Part shown: positions 1 to 10,701 of the stretch, in pieces
How the letters are laid out: each line of letters begins with the position of its first letter
How positions within the stretch are numbered: the first letter of the stretch is position 1
Sequence record: MZ501108
Length of the DNA: 64,000 nt
Direction: 5' to 3' (one strand)
From: Escherichia phage TrudiGerster
Translations under genes and position numbers: made by a program
Notes under the pieces: generated by a model
What the model was told of the DNA's origin: nothing
What the model saw: only the letters and a program-made list of their open reading frames with translations
Databases searched by the model: none

Positions 1-483
1 ATGGCAAATGATGTTTTAGTACCTGATCTCATGTCTCCTGAAGGCATGGACGTAATTGAGGCTTATCTACAATGTGGTAGTGATGTACGAATGGCCTCAC
101 GTACTCTTGGAATGTCGGAAATTGCATTCCGCGATATTATGAATCGTGGTGAGGTAAAGAATTATCTCAACGACATATTTATGGAGAGTGGCTTCCGCAA
201 TCGTGACAAGTTATTTGGTGTACTCGATGAAGTCATCAAGCGCAAGTTGGAAGAACTCGAAGAAACTGGTATGGGATCTGACCAGGATATCATGGATATT
301 CTGTGGAAAGCCCATAAAATGAAGATGGAAGAAATGAAGATGATGGTAGAGCTGGAGAAAGCGAGAGCTGCTACACGTGCTCCTACTAATCAGACTAACA
401 TTCAGAACAACATTATTGCTGGCTCCGGTGATCAGAACTACATGGACTTAATTACTTCGCTAGCAACTGGAGGTAGAAAGTAA
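1..483 (+). CDS. putative terminase small subunit (may be 5'-truncated at window edge)
   Basis: 160 aa ORF immediately upstream of and abutting the terminase large subunit; assignment by position only. Confidence 0.4.
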   Translation: MANDVLVPDLMSPEGMDVIEAYLQCGSDVRMASRTLGMSEIAFRDIMNRGEVKNYLNDIFMESGFRNRDKLFGVLDEVIKRKLEELEETGMGSDQDIMDILWKAHKMKMEEMKMMVELEKARAATRAPTNQTNIQNNIIAGSGDQNYMDLITSLATGGRK

Positions 484-1799
484 TGGAAGTCTCAAGACCG
501 TATATTAACACTACGGATATTATTGACTTTGGTATAGACAAGCGATTCTTTCGTCTACCAGTCTCTAGCATCCTAGCCCAAGAGGGGATTATACCTAATG
601 CCCCTCAGGTAGCAATTATTAATGCTCTAGAAGATCCTAGGCATCGTTTCGTAACAGCATGTGTATCACGTCGTGTAGGTAAGTCATTCATAGCATATAC
701 ACTTGGGTTCTTAAAACTTCTGGAACCCAATGTAAAAGTACTAGTAGTTGCACCTAACTACTCATTGGCCAACATCGGTTGGTCACAGATTCGTGGTCTT
801 ATTAAGAAGTATGGATTGCAGACTGAACGTGAGAACGCCAAAGATAAAGAGATTGAGCTGGCAAACGGCTCGCTCTTCAAACTGGCTTCTGCGGCACAAG
901 CTGACTCCGCGGTTGGACGTTCGTATGATTTCATCATCTTTGACGAAGCAGCGATTTCCGACGTTGGTGGTGCAGCATTTGACATTCAGCTACGTCCTAC
1001 TCTAGATAAGCCAAACTCTAAAGCTCTATTTATCTCTACTCCTCGTGGTGGTAACTGGTTTAAAGAGTTCTATGAGAAAGGGTTTAACGAAACGTTACCT
1101 GGCTGGGTATCTATTCATGGTACATATCGTGACAACCCACGTGCTGACCTGAACGATATCGAGGAGGCGCGTCGTACTGTTAGTAAAAACTATTTCCGCC
1201 AAGAGTATGAGGCTGACTTCTCCGTATTCGAAGGTCAGATCTTTGATACCTTTAATGCTATTGAGCACGTTAAAGATCTCAAGGGTATGCGTCACTTCTT
1301 TAAAGATGATGAAGCATTCGAAACGTTACTTGGTATTGACGTTGGTTATCGTGACCCAACAGCTGTTCTTACTATCAAATATCATTACGATACCGATATC
1401 TACTACGTACTGGAAGAGTATCAACAGGCAGAGAAAACTACTGCCCAACATGCTGCTTATATCCAGCACTGTATAGATCGTTATAACGTTGACCGTATAT
1501 TTGTAGACTCCGCTGCTGCTCAGTTCCGTCAGGACTTAGCATACGAACACGAGATCGCTTCTGCACCCGCTAAGAAATCTGTCCTAGATGGTTTAGCATG
1601 CCTGCAAGCACTCTTCCAGCAGGGTAAGATCATCGTAGATGCTTCATGCACCTCATTGATTCACGCACTGGCCAACTACAAATGGGACTTCCAAGAAGGT
1701 GAAGAAAAATTATCACGTGAAAAACCACGTCATGATGCAAGTTCACACCTTTGTGACGCCCTGCGTTATGGAATTTACTCAATTTCCCGTGGGAAATAA
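483..1799 (+). CDS. terminase large subunit
   Basis: 438 aa; Walker A-like VSRRVGKS and Walker B-like DFIIFDEAA in N-terminal half, nuclease-like C-terminal half; followed by portal gene. Confidence 0.88.
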   Translation: MEVSRPYINTTDIIDFGIDKRFFRLPVSSILAQEGIIPNAPQVAIINALEDPRHRFVTACVSRRVGKSFIAYTLGFLKLLEPNVKVLVVAPNYSLANIGWSQIRGLIKKYGLQTERENAKDKEIELANGSLFKLASAAQADSAVGRSYDFIIFDEAAISDVGGAAFDIQLRPTLDKPNSKALFISTPRGGNWFKEFYEKGFNETLPGWVSIHGTYRDNPRADLNDIEEARRTVSKNYFRQEYEADFSVFEGQIFDTFNAIEHVKDLKGMRHFFKDDEAFETLLGIDVGYRDPTAVLTIKYHYDTDIYYVLEEYQQAEKTTAQHAAYIQHCIDRYNVDRIFVDSAAAQFRQDLAYEHEIASAPAKKSVLDGLACLQALFQQGKIIVDASCTSLIHALANYKWDFQEGEEKLSREKPRHDASSHLCDALRYGIYSISRGK

Positions 1800-1913
1800 A
1801 TAAGTTTAGGATGGGATACTACTCAGTTGGTATCCCATTCCTACATTTTAAAATCCCCTTTACAAATTCGACATGATTATGTATACTATATTCATACAGT
1901 TGAGGAGAATACT

Positions 1914-2351
1914 GTGGCGAGTAATGTAAAATACAAACGTGATGCAATATCACTCATGCGAGACGGTATAAAAAGTCAATATAAAAAAGCCGCTTGCTGC
2001 GAAATCTGTGGTTGTGAAGAAGAATTAGAGCTTCATCATTACCATACAGTGTCTCTACTAGTTAAAAAATTTGCTAAAGAACTCCAATTGGATTTCACTG
2101 ACGAAGAAACAGTCCTCTCAAATAGGACGGCATTCTATGAAAGATATAGGCATGAGCTAGTAGATGACACTGTTACCCTTTGTGTCCACCATCACCAACT
2201 ATTACACAAGGTGTACACTAAAGAGCCTCCCCTTTTCTCTGCTAATAAGCAGAAGGCATGGGTTCTTAAACAAAAGGAAAAGCTACAGAATCCTCACAAA
2301 GAGACACAAGTCAAGACTGAAAATAAATCAGGATTCGCAAGGTTCTTATAA
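1914..2351 (+). CDS. HNH homing endonuclease
   Basis: Cys/His cluster CCEICGCEEELELHHYH ... CVHHHQLLH; likely GTG start at 1914 after GAGGAG (track longest ORF starts 1827); inserted between terminase and portal. Confidence 0.7.
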   Translation: MASNVKYKRDAISLMRDGIKSQYKKAACCEICGCEEELELHHYHTVSLLVKKFAKELQLDFTDEETVLSNRTAFYERYRHELVDDTVTLCVHHHQLLHKVYTKEPPLFSANKQKAWVLKQKEKLQNPHKETQVKTENKSGFARFL

Positions 2352-3568
2352 TGGGTTTAAAAAGCTGGATTACTGAAAAGCTAAATCCGGGTCAACGTAT
2401 TATAAGAGACATGGAACCAGTTAGTCATCGTACTAACCGAAAGCCCTATACCACAGGTCAAGCCTACAGTAAGATTGAGATTCTCAACCGAACTGCTAAC
2501 ATGGTCATTGATAGTGCGGCTGAGTGTTCTTATACTGTCGGAGCAAAATATAATATTGTCACGTATGCTAATGGCGTCAAGGCAAAGACTCTAGACACTC
2601 TCTTAAATGTACGACCTAATCCATTCATGGATATAAGCACATTCCGTAGACTTGTAGTCACTGACCTACTTTTTGAAGGTTGTGCGTATATCTATTGGGA
2701 TGGCACAGCACTTTACCATGTCCCGGCTGCTCTTATGCAGGTCGAGGCAGATGCCAATAAGTTTATCAAAAAATTTATATTTAATAATCAGATAGACTAT
2801 CGCGTAGATGAGATTATCTTTATAAAGGATAACAGTTACGTGTGTGGCACAAACTCTCAAATTTCTGGACAATCTCGTGTTGCTACTGTTATTGACTCTC
2901 TTGAGAAGCGTTCTAAAATGCTCAACTTTAAAGAGAAGTTCCTCGATAACGGCACCGTGATTGGTCTTATTCTTGAGACGGATGAAATCCTGAACAAGAA
3001 ATTGCGTGAGCGTAAACAAGAAGAATTACAACTCGATTATAATCCTAGTACGGGTCAGTCTACTGTCCTGATTCTAGATGGTGGTATGAAAGCAAAACCG
3101 TACTCCCAAATATCCTCATTTAAAGATCTAGACTTTAAAGACGACATTGAACGTTTCGATAAGAGCGTCTGTCTGGCTTTTGGTGTTCCGCAAGTTCTGA
3201 TTGATGGTGGTAATAACGCTAATATTCGACCAAACATCGAATTGTTCTACTACATGACAATCGTTCCTATGCTGAACAAACTGACTAGTTCTCTTACTTT
3301 CTTCTTTGGTTACAAGATTACTCCTGATACTAAGGAAGTAGTTGCGTTAACTCCAGATAAGGAAGCTGAGGCTAAACATTTAACCTCTCTGGTTAATAAC
3401 GGTATCATGACTGGTAACGAAGCTCGACAAGAGCTGAACCTTGAACCTTTAGATGATGAGCAGATGAATAAGATTCGTATTCCTGCTAACGTTGCTGGTT
3501 CTGCTACAGGTGTATCTGGTCAAGAAGGTGGTAGACCGCAAGGTTCCGCCGAAGGGGATGAAGAATGA
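2351..3568 (+). CDS. portal protein
   Basis: 405 aa ORF directly downstream of terminase and upstream of the head genes; size and position typical of T5-like portal. Confidence 0.8.
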   Translation: MGLKSWITEKLNPGQRIIRDMEPVSHRTNRKPYTTGQAYSKIEILNRTANMVIDSAAECSYTVGAKYNIVTYANGVKAKTLDTLLNVRPNPFMDISTFRRLVVTDLLFEGCAYIYWDGTALYHVPAALMQVEADANKFIKKFIFNNQIDYRVDEIIFIKDNSYVCGTNSQISGQSRVATVIDSLEKRSKMLNFKEKFLDNGTVIGLILETDEILNKKLRERKQEELQLDYNPSTGQSTVLILDGGMKAKPYSQISSFKDLDFKDDIERFDKSVCLAFGVPQVLIDGGNNANIRPNIELFYYMTIVPMLNKLTSSLTFFFGYKITPDTKEVVALTPDKEAEAKHLTSLVNNGIMTGNEARQELNLEPLDDEQMNKIRIPANVAGSATGVSGQEGGRPQGSAEGDEE

Positions 3569-4047
3569 TTGATTATGATGGTCTGAAGGCCATTTTTGGT
3601 GAGAAGTTACCAGAATCTCATATCTTCTTTGCTACGGTTGCAGCACACAAGTTTGTTCCGAACTACACTACTCTACGTAAAGAGTTCGGAATGACCACTG
3701 CACATACCAACCGCAAGGTTTGGAATAAGTTCAAAGAAGCTTACGAAGTTACTGCTCCGGTTGTCCCGGCTCTAGCTTTCACGAAGAATCTGGCTAAAAC
3801 TCTAGCTATTGAAGAAGGCACAGCAATTAATCTAGGTGTTACGGTTACTGGTGGTACTGCACCATATACGTATGCTTGGACTAAAGATGGTTCTCCACTG
3901 AGTGGTGCTACCGGCCCTAACTTCAATAAAGCAACCGCGGCTGCAGGAGATGCAGGTACTTACAAAGTCGTAGTAACGGATAGTAAATCTACCGCCATTA
4001 CTTCTAACGAGTGTGTAACTACTGTTAATCCTGCTGCTGGAGGCTAA
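3565..4047 (+). CDS. head decoration protein with Ig-like domain (pb10-like)
   Basis: 160 aa; C-terminal Ig-like motif (TVTGGTAPYTYAWTKDGSPL...GTYKVVVTD); lies between portal and protease. Confidence 0.65.
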   Translation: MIDYDGLKAIFGEKLPESHIFFATVAAHKFVPNYTTLRKEFGMTTAHTNRKVWNKFKEAYEVTAPVVPALAFTKNLAKTLAIEEGTAINLGVTVTGGTAPYTYAWTKDGSPLSGATGPNFNKATAAAGDAGTYKVVVTDSKSTAITSNECVTTVNPAAGG

Positions 4048-4050
4048 TAA

Positions 4051-4680
4051 ATGACAAATGCTGCAATTGACTATAACAAGTTAAAATCAGCACCGGTTCA
4101 TTTAGACGCTTACGTTAAGTCTATTGATAGCGAGTCCGAAGGTGTAGTTAAGATCCGTGGATTCGCTAATACAATTAGTAAAGATCGCGCTGGTGATGTG
4201 ATTCCTGCTTCGGCATGGAAAACATCAAATGCACTTACTAACTACATGAAAAACCCGATTATTCTTTTCGGCCACGACCATCGTCGTCCAATCGGTAAGT
4301 GTATTGATCTTAATCCTACAGAGATGGGGCTTGAGATTGAATGTGAAGTTTATGAAGCTTCCGACCCTGCGATTTTTGCACTAATTAAAAACGGTGTACT
4401 GAAAACTTTTAGTATTGGATTCCGCTGCCTAGATGCAGAATGGGATGAAGCTACTGATATTTTTATTATTAAAGATTTAGAACTATACGAAGTCTCGGTA
4501 GTTTCTGTACCGTGTAACCAAGACTCTACTTTTAACCTAGCTAAGAGTATGAATGGTCATGATTACACTGAATGGCGTAAATCTTTTACTGCAACAAGTT
4601 CTAAAGCTGTCCCAGCTCAAGAACGTAATCTTTCTGAACTAGAAAAACTTGCGATAGCTTTAGGCTACGTTAAAGAATAA
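4051..4680 (+). CDS. prohead protease (pb11-like)
   Basis: 209 aa ORF immediately upstream of the major capsid gene; assignment by position and size. Confidence 0.6.
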   Translation: MTNAAIDYNKLKSAPVHLDAYVKSIDSESEGVVKIRGFANTISKDRAGDVIPASAWKTSNALTNYMKNPIILFGHDHRRPIGKCIDLNPTEMGLEIECEVYEASDPAIFALIKNGVLKTFSIGFRCLDAEWDEATDIFIIKDLELYEVSVVSVPCNQDSTFNLAKSMNGHDYTEWRKSFTATSSKAVPAQERNLSELEKLAIALGYVKE

Positions 4681-4697
4681 CGGAGAATTATTTAAAA

Positions 4698-6074
4698 ATG
4701 ACTATTGATATTAATAAGCTGAAGGAAGAACTTGGTCTGGGTGATCTGGCTAAATCTCTGGAAGGTCTGACTGCTGCTCAGAAAGCTGCGGAAGCTAAGC
4801 GTCTGCGTGAAGAGCAGGAAGAAAAAGAACTGGCTCGTATGAATGACCTGGTTGCTAAAGCTGTTGGCGAAGATCGTCAGAAAATGCAGGAAGCTCTGGA
4901 TCTGGTTAAATCTCTGGACGAAAAGTCTAAGAAGAGCGCAGAACTGTTTGCACAGACGGTAGAGAAGCAGCAGGAAACCATCGTTGGTCTTCAGGACGAA
5001 ATCAAATCTCTCCTGGCGGCACGTGACGGTCGTTCTTTCGTAGCTGACAACATCTCCAAAGCACTTCGTGGTGATCAGAACGCTTTCGAGGACGAAGTTG
5101 AAAAACTGGTTCTTCTGTCCTATGTAATGGAGAAAGGCGTATTTGATACTGACCATGGTCAGGCTCACCTGAAAGCTGTAAACGCTTCATCTTCTGTTGA
5201 AGTATCTAGCGAATCTTACGAAACTATCTTCTCCCAGCGTATCATCCGTGATCTGCAGAAAGAACTGGTAGTTGGTGCTCTGTTCGAAGAACTGCCAATG
5301 TCCAGCAAACTTCTGACTATGCTGGTTGAGCCAGATGCTGGTCGCGCTACTTGGGTAGATGCTTCTACTTACGGTACTGATGCTACTACTGGTAACGAAG
5401 TTAAAGGTGCTCTGACTGAAATTCAGTTCAAGACCTACAAACTGGCTGCTAAGTCCTTCATCACTGATGAAACTGAAGAAGATGCTATCTTCTCCCTGCT
5501 GCCTCTGTTACGTAAGCGTCTGATCGAAGCACACGCTGTTTCTATCGAAGAAGCTTTCATGACTGGTGACGGTTCTGGTAAGCCTAAAGGTCTGTTGACT
5601 CTGGCTTCCGAAGACAGTGCTAAAGTTGTTACCGAAGCTAAAGCTGACGGTTCCGTACTGGTAACTGCTAAGACTATCTCTAAGCTGCGTCGTAAACTGG
5701 GTCGCCACGGTCTGAAGCTTTCCAAGCTGGTACTGATCGTGTCTATGGATGCTTATTACGATCTGCTGGAAGATGAAGAATGGCAGGACGTTGCTCAGGT
5801 TGGTAACGATGCTGTTAAACTGCAGGGTCAGGTTGGTCGTATTTACGGTCTGCCGGTTGTAGTTTCTGAGTACTTCCCAGCTAAGGCTGCTTCTGCAGAA
5901 TTCGCAGTAATCGTCTACAAGGACAACTTCGTAATGCCGCGTCAGCGTGCTGTTACTGTTGAACGTGAGCGCCAAGCTGGCAAACAGCGTGACGCATACT
6001 ACGTTACTCAGCGTGTTAACCTGCAACGTTACTTCGAGAACGGCGTTGTATCCGGTGCTTACGCTGCATCTTAA
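4698..6074 (+). CDS. major capsid protein with N-terminal scaffolding (delta) domain
   Basis: 458 aa; charged coiled-coil N-terminus (KAAEAKRLREEQEEKELARMNDL); strongly biased high-expression codons; followed by a strong terminator. Confidence 0.85.
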   Translation: MTIDINKLKEELGLGDLAKSLEGLTAAQKAAEAKRLREEQEEKELARMNDLVAKAVGEDRQKMQEALDLVKSLDEKSKKSAELFAQTVEKQQETIVGLQDEIKSLLAARDGRSFVADNISKALRGDQNAFEDEVEKLVLLSYVMEKGVFDTDHGQAHLKAVNASSSVEVSSESYETIFSQRIIRDLQKELVVGALFEELPMSSKLLTMLVEPDAGRATWVDASTYGTDATTGNEVKGALTEIQFKTYKLAAKSFITDETEEDAIFSLLPLLRKRLIEAHAVSIEEAFMTGDGSGKPKGLLTLASEDSAKVVTEAKADGSVLVTAKTISKLRRKLGRHGLKLSKLVLIVSMDAYYDLLEDEEWQDVAQVGNDAVKLQGQVGRIYGLPVVVSEYFPAKAASAEFAVIVYKDNFVMPRQRAVTVERERQAGKQRDAYYVTQRVNLQRYFENGVVSGAYAAS

Positions 6075-6093
6075 TACAGGCTTTTCAGCCGAT

Positions 6094-6121
6094 AAGGAGA
6101 GCTTCGGCTCTCCTTTTTTAT
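6094..6121 (+). terminator. rho-independent terminator after major capsid gene
   Basis: hairpin aggagagc-ttcg-gctctcct followed by T-run. Confidence 0.75.
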
Positions 6122-6136
6122 TGGGAAAAATAAATG
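6114..6136 (+). repeat. conserved 23-nt element ttttttattgggaaaaataaATG (copy 1)
   Basis: identical 23/23 to 11131-11153; ends in the start codon of the downstream gene. Confidence 0.8.
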
Positions 6137-6646
6137 CAAATCATCACTGTTGAAGATTACAGACTATATGCTAACGCAAAACGTCCTGAAATTGAAACAC
6201 AAGTAGATATGATGATTAAAGCTGCCAATACGCTGATTACTAGCCTTCTAGGTATGGACGACGCGGATGCGGTAGATCAATTAATCACTACTAAACCTAG
6301 CCGTAGGAAATACTTTTTGAGTTCTCCTTCTGCTACATCAGTCACAAAGATGACTATTAATGAGAATGAAATAGCCCCGGAACAGTATAAACTGTATCCA
6401 GATGGTGTTATTCTCCTTAAATTTAATCCACCAGAAGGGTATATGGATGTAGAATATACGCAAGGTGGTTTCAACCCAATGCCTGAAGATCTCAAGCTGG
6501 CTGCATGTCTATTAGTAGATCACTGGCATAAACAAGATTATCGTCAAGCCAAGACTATTGGTGGTGAAACAGTAACGTTTAACAATACTAAGTCAGGTAT
6601 TCCTGAGCATATTCGTACAATCATCGAAGTCTATAGGAGAGTATAA
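6134..6646 (+). CDS. putative head completion / head-tail adaptor protein
   Basis: 170 aa ORF following the capsid gene; assignment by position. Confidence 0.45.
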   Translation: MQIITVEDYRLYANAKRPEIETQVDMMIKAANTLITSLLGMDDADAVDQLITTKPSRRKYFLSSPSATSVTKMTINENEIAPEQYKLYPDGVILLKFNPPEGYMDVEYTQGGFNPMPEDLKLAACLLVDHWHKQDYRQAKTIGGETVTFNNTKSGIPEHIRTIIEVYRRV

Positions 6647-7413
6647 TGTCTCTTTCTGATCTAGCTAGACAGATTATCAAAGAGCAGCTAGATACAGCAG
6701 GACGATCTGAAAATAATAAGAACACTGTTGTGTATACTGTTGAAACTGGGCTTAAAGATCCGAAAAGGGATGGTACTGTTGCGCAAGTATCATTCAAGTT
6801 CTCTAAACCAGTATCGCAGGACTTATTAAACGTGAGGACAGCCTCTATCTTGAAGGCTGTTTCCGCCAACTTAGATCTTTCTGGTGACTTAGGCGCTCTG
6901 GAAAATCTCATACAAGCCACGGCAGGCAAAAGATCAGCCGTTGGTAAGAAACGCTCAACTGGTAGGGTTCAAGTAAACTTTGGTGATCCTAGAGATACTG
7001 AAGATGGTTATTCAGGTGCAGTTACAGGTGCGGCTGGACGATTCGTTTCAAATAGTAACATGAAGGCTATCTTGGAGATAGTAGCTAAAGAATATCTTAT
7101 TAAGGATATGAAGAAAGCAGGAGCGCCACTGAAATTCAGAACTGGACGTTTTGCTAACTCCCTTAAAATCAAAGATGTTATGTTACGTGATGCTGAAACA
7201 AGTCGTGGTGCTCCTGAACTTAATGTGACCTACAATTATATGGTTAGACCTTACTCAGTATTCAACCCCGCAGTATCCACCTATCGCAGACTGTCTTTAC
7301 GTCCTTACCCTGGGGCGAGAAACCCACAAAAACTTATTGGGGAAGCGATAGCTAAAGCTGCAAGAGACCTGATTCACTCTAGATATAAAATCAAGGTTAA
7401 TCAAGGAACCTAA
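6646..7413 (+). CDS. putative neck/structural protein
   Basis: 255 aa ORF in head-tail joining block; start overlaps upstream stop. Confidence 0.4.
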   Translation: MSLSDLARQIIKEQLDTAGRSENNKNTVVYTVETGLKDPKRDGTVAQVSFKFSKPVSQDLLNVRTASILKAVSANLDLSGDLGALENLIQATAGKRSAVGKKRSTGRVQVNFGDPRDTEDGYSGAVTGAAGRFVSNSNMKAILEIVAKEYLIKDMKKAGAPLKFRTGRFANSLKIKDVMLRDAETSRGAPELNVTYNYMVRPYSVFNPAVSTYRRLSLRPYPGARNPQKLIGEAIAKAARDLIHSRYKIKVNQGT

Positions 7414-7416
7414 TAA

Positions 7417-7902
7417 ATGGATCACAGAACAAGTATTGCACAAGCGCTGGTTGATCGAATCTCCAAGCAAATGGACGGATCTCAGCCAGATGAGTATTTT
7501 AACAACCTTTATGGAAACGTTTCTCGTCAAACTTATAGATTTGAGGAAATCCGAGAATTCCCTTACGTGGCAGTTCATATAGGAACTGAAACTGGGCAGT
7601 ATCTTCCTTCAGGTCAACAGTGGATGTTTTTAGAACTTCCAATTCTGGTCTATGACAAAGAAGAAACAGATATTCAAGAGCAACTTGAAAAACTCGTAGC
7701 TGACATAAAAACCGTCATTGACACAGGTGGAAATTTAGAATATACTGTTAGTAAACCTAATGGATCGACCTTCCCATGTGAGGCAACTGATATGAGCATC
7801 ACGTCAGTTAGTACAGATGAGGGTCTACTGGCCCCATATGGTTTAGCGGAAATAAATGTAACAGTGCGCTATATGCCACCTAAGCGTGCATTACGCAGAT
7901 AA
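7417..7902 (+). CDS. putative tail completion protein
   Basis: 161 aa ORF just upstream of tail tube gene; assignment by position. Confidence 0.45.
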   Translation: MDHRTSIAQALVDRISKQMDGSQPDEYFNNLYGNVSRQTYRFEEIREFPYVAVHIGTETGQYLPSGQQWMFLELPILVYDKEETDIQEQLEKLVADIKTVIDTGGNLEYTVSKPNGSTFPCEATDMSITSVSTDEGLLAPYGLAEINVTVRYMPPKRALRR

Positions 7903-7928
7903 GTTACAGATTAGGAGAATATAAATAA

Positions 7929-9338
7929 ATGTCTTTACAACTATTACGTAATACTCGAATCTTCGTGTCTACGGTTAAGACTGGTCACACCAAAGAAAAC
8001 ACGCAAGAGATTCTAGTTCAAGATGATATTTCTTGGGGTCAGGACAGTAACTCAACCGATATTACTGTTAACGAAGCTGGTCCGCGTCCAACTCGTGGTT
8101 CAAAACGTTTCAACGACTCCTTGAACGCTGCTGAGTGGAGCTTCTCTACTTACATCCTGCCTTACGCGGATAAAACTACTGGTAAGCAGATCGTTCCAGA
8201 CTATATGTTATGGCATGCGCTCTCTAGTGGTAAGCCTATCGATCTCGATGGTGATACTGGAGCTCATACTAACGAAACCAACTTCATGGTTAACTTTAAG
8301 GATAACGCATATCACGAACTGGCTATGCTGCACATTTATATCCTTACTGATAAAGCCTGGAGTTACATTGATTCCTGTCAGATCAACCAAGCCGAAGTAA
8401 ACGTAGATATCGAAGATATCGGTCGTGTAACTTGGTCGGGTAACGGTAACCAGCTGATTCCTTTGGATTCACAGCCATTTGACCCTGATACTGTAGGTAT
8501 CGATGATGAAACTTACATGACTATCCAGAGTTCTTATATTAAGAACAAATTAACTATCCTGAAGATCAAGGATATGGATACTGGTAAGGCATATGATATT
8601 CCGATCACTGGTGGTAGCTTCACAATCAACAACAACATCACCTACCTGACTCCGAACATCATGTCCCGTGTAAACATTCCAATCGGTTCCTTTACTGGTG
8701 CATTCGAACTAACTGGTTCTCTGACTGCTTATCTGAACGATAAAGCTCTAGGTTCTATGGATCTGTACAAAGATCTGATTAAGACCCTGAAAGTAGTTAA
8801 CCGTTTCGAAATTGCCCTGATTCTTGGTGGTGAATACGATGATGAGCGCCCTGCAGCTGTTCTGGTCGCTAAGCAAGCCCACGTTAACATCCCAACTATC
8901 GAGACTGACGATGTACTTGGTACTTCTGTTGAGTTCAAGGCTATCCCTACCGATCTGGATACAGGTGATGAAGGTTACCTTGGTTTCTCTAACAAGTATA
9001 CCAAAACTACTATCGCTAACCTGATTGCTACAGGTGACGGTGGTCAAGTTGCTCCGGTTCCAGTTACTGGCATTACTGTTAAGTCTGCTGGTGACGCTAC
9101 TTCAGTTGAAAACAGCGCAACTCTTCAGATGACTGTAGATGTTCTGCCTGCTGAAGCTACGAACAAGGCTGTAACTTGGTCTATCTCTTCTGGTACTGCT
9201 GCTACTATTGACGCAACTTCTGGTCTTCTGACTGCTGATGCTTCTAAAACTGGTGCAATTACGGTCAAAGCGGTAGCTAAAGACGGTTCTGGTGTAGAAG
9301 GTACTAAGAGCATTACAGTTACTGCTTCTGGTGGCTAA
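7929..9338 (+). CDS. major tail tube protein with C-terminal Big_2-like Ig domain (pb6-like)
   Basis: 469 aa; C-terminal Ig-like segment (VTGITVKSAGDATSVENSATLQMTVDVLPAEATNKAVTWSISSGTAATIDATSGLLTA); biased codons. Confidence 0.78.
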   Translation: MSLQLLRNTRIFVSTVKTGHTKENTQEILVQDDISWGQDSNSTDITVNEAGPRPTRGSKRFNDSLNAAEWSFSTYILPYADKTTGKQIVPDYMLWHALSSGKPIDLDGDTGAHTNETNFMVNFKDNAYHELAMLHIYILTDKAWSYIDSCQINQAEVNVDIEDIGRVTWSGNGNQLIPLDSQPFDPDTVGIDDETYMTIQSSYIKNKLTILKIKDMDTGKAYDIPITGGSFTINNNITYLTPNIMSRVNIPIGSFTGAFELTGSLTAYLNDKALGSMDLYKDLIKTLKVVNRFEIALILGGEYDDERPAAVLVAKQAHVNIPTIETDDVLGTSVEFKAIPTDLDTGDEGYLGFSNKYTKTTIANLIATGDGGQVAPVPVTGITVKSAGDATSVENSATLQMTVDVLPAEATNKAVTWSISSGTAATIDATSGLLTADASKTGAITVKAVAKDGSGVEGTKSITVTASGG

Positions 9339-9342
9339 TTAA

Positions 9343-10239
9343 ATGTACTACTCTCTAATGCGAGAGTCGAAAGTTATAGTTGAGTACGATGGCAGGGCGT
9401 ATCACTTTGACGCTCTGTCAAACTATGATATCAATACCTCCTACGAGGAATTTAAAACTCTTCGTAGGACTATTCATCGCAGAACCAACTATGCTGACTC
9501 TGTTATTAACGCACAAGCTCCATCATCAATATCGCTGGCTATAAATTTTAGTAATACCCTTACTGAGGCTAACTTCTTTGAATGGATGGGCTTTGATAGA
9601 GAGGGTACTACCTTCCTACTACCACTTTATAGCACGAATATTGAACCAACAATGTTTAATATCTACATAGTTAATAAAGATAATAACTGTGTATATTTTG
9701 AAAACTGTTTTGTATCTAACGTTGACTTCTCACTTGATAAGAATGTCCCTGTGCTGAATGTTGGTATTGAGTCTGGTAAGTTCTCTGAGGTATCCACGTA
9801 CACTCCTGCTGGTATTGTTCAAGGCGAGGTTATGTCTTACAGCCCTCCTAGAGTAGCTACAAACAGTAATATTTTACCTGCTCTTTTATCCGCTTCTATG
9901 TCCTTCCAGCAGCAATGCTCTTGGAGAGAAGATAAAAGCGTATTTGACATAAACAAAATATATAATAATAAAAGAGCTTATGTTAATGAGATGAATGCTT
10001 CGGCAACAATTGCGTTCTACTACACCAAGCGATTTGCTGGTGATATGTTCTACAATATTGAACCTGAGACTGATATCCCTTTAACTATACGAAATGAACA
10101 TATTTCGGTTGATTTCCCTTCAGCACGTATAACAAAACGCCTACAATTCTCGGATCTGTACAGGATTGAGTGGGATGTAATTCCTACTGCTGATTCTGAT
10201 CCGGTAAGAATCGACTTCTTTGGAGAAATAAAGAAATGA
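9343..10239 (+). CDS. tail structural protein (p140-like)
   Basis: 298 aa ORF between tail tube and chaperone genes. Confidence 0.45.
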   Translation: MYYSLMRESKVIVEYDGRAYHFDALSNYDINTSYEEFKTLRRTIHRRTNYADSVINAQAPSSISLAINFSNTLTEANFFEWMGFDREGTTFLLPLYSTNIEPTMFNIYIVNKDNNCVYFENCFVSNVDFSLDKNVPVLNVGIESGKFSEVSTYTPAGIVQGEVMSYSPPRVATNSNILPALLSASMSFQQQCSWREDKSVFDINKIYNNKRAYVNEMNASATIAFYYTKRFAGDMFYNIEPETDIPLTIRNEHISVDFPSARITKRLQFSDLYRIEWDVIPTADSDPVRIDFFGEIKK

Positions 10240-10640
10240 TTAACTTAAAAGATATTACCCTAGATACTCGCTCTGTTACGCTTTCCTACCCTGGTATGCC
10301 TAACTTTAAGCTTGAACTGAACTACATGTCTCGTGCTACCTCTAAGCGTGTTATTGCTTCTGCAAAACGTGATGAGTGGGTTAACGGTACACTGTTACAA
10401 GTTCAGGATGATGACAAGTTCATCGAAGCTTTCGTTGACTCTGCTATCAAAGGTTGGACTGGTCTGACTATTGGTGATGTTGAGAAGCTGATGCTGATTG
10501 AAACTGAAGCTGATCCATCTACCGAAGTTCCTTTTAGCCGCGATAATGCTGTGATGCTAATGCAGAACTCTGCTGCGTTTGATTCTTGGATCAACCAGAC
10601 AGTGTTCCACTTAGACACTTTTCGTAGCCCAAAAGCGTAA
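10236..10640 (+). CDS. tail assembly chaperone (upstream ORF)
   Basis: 134 aa acidic ORF immediately upstream of tape measure region. Confidence 0.5.
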   Translation: MINLKDITLDTRSVTLSYPGMPNFKLELNYMSRATSKRVIASAKRDEWVNGTLLQVQDDDKFIEAFVDSAIKGWTGLTIGDVEKLMLIETEADPSTEVPFSRDNAVMLMQNSAAFDSWINQTVFHLDTFRSPKA

Positions 10641-10701
10641 ACAACTTTTAGATGCCGTTGCCAAATTCGCAGACAAATGCGTTAAATCTTCGGCATCTAA
10701 A

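Noticed and set aside
748-1005. Short ORFs nested inside or antisense to long genes (e.g. 748-1005, 758-985, 5508-6026, 28537-29136, 36577-36960, 40059-40610)
   Set aside because: Each lies wholly within a longer ORF that has clear motifs and consistent codon usage; none has an RBS or a recognisable motif, so they are treated as frame-noise
10236-10640. Lambda-type -1 programmed frameshift for the tail chaperones
   Set aside because: The -1 frame near the 3' end of the upstream ORF is closed by stop codons within a few codons; only the +1 frame is open into the downstream ORF
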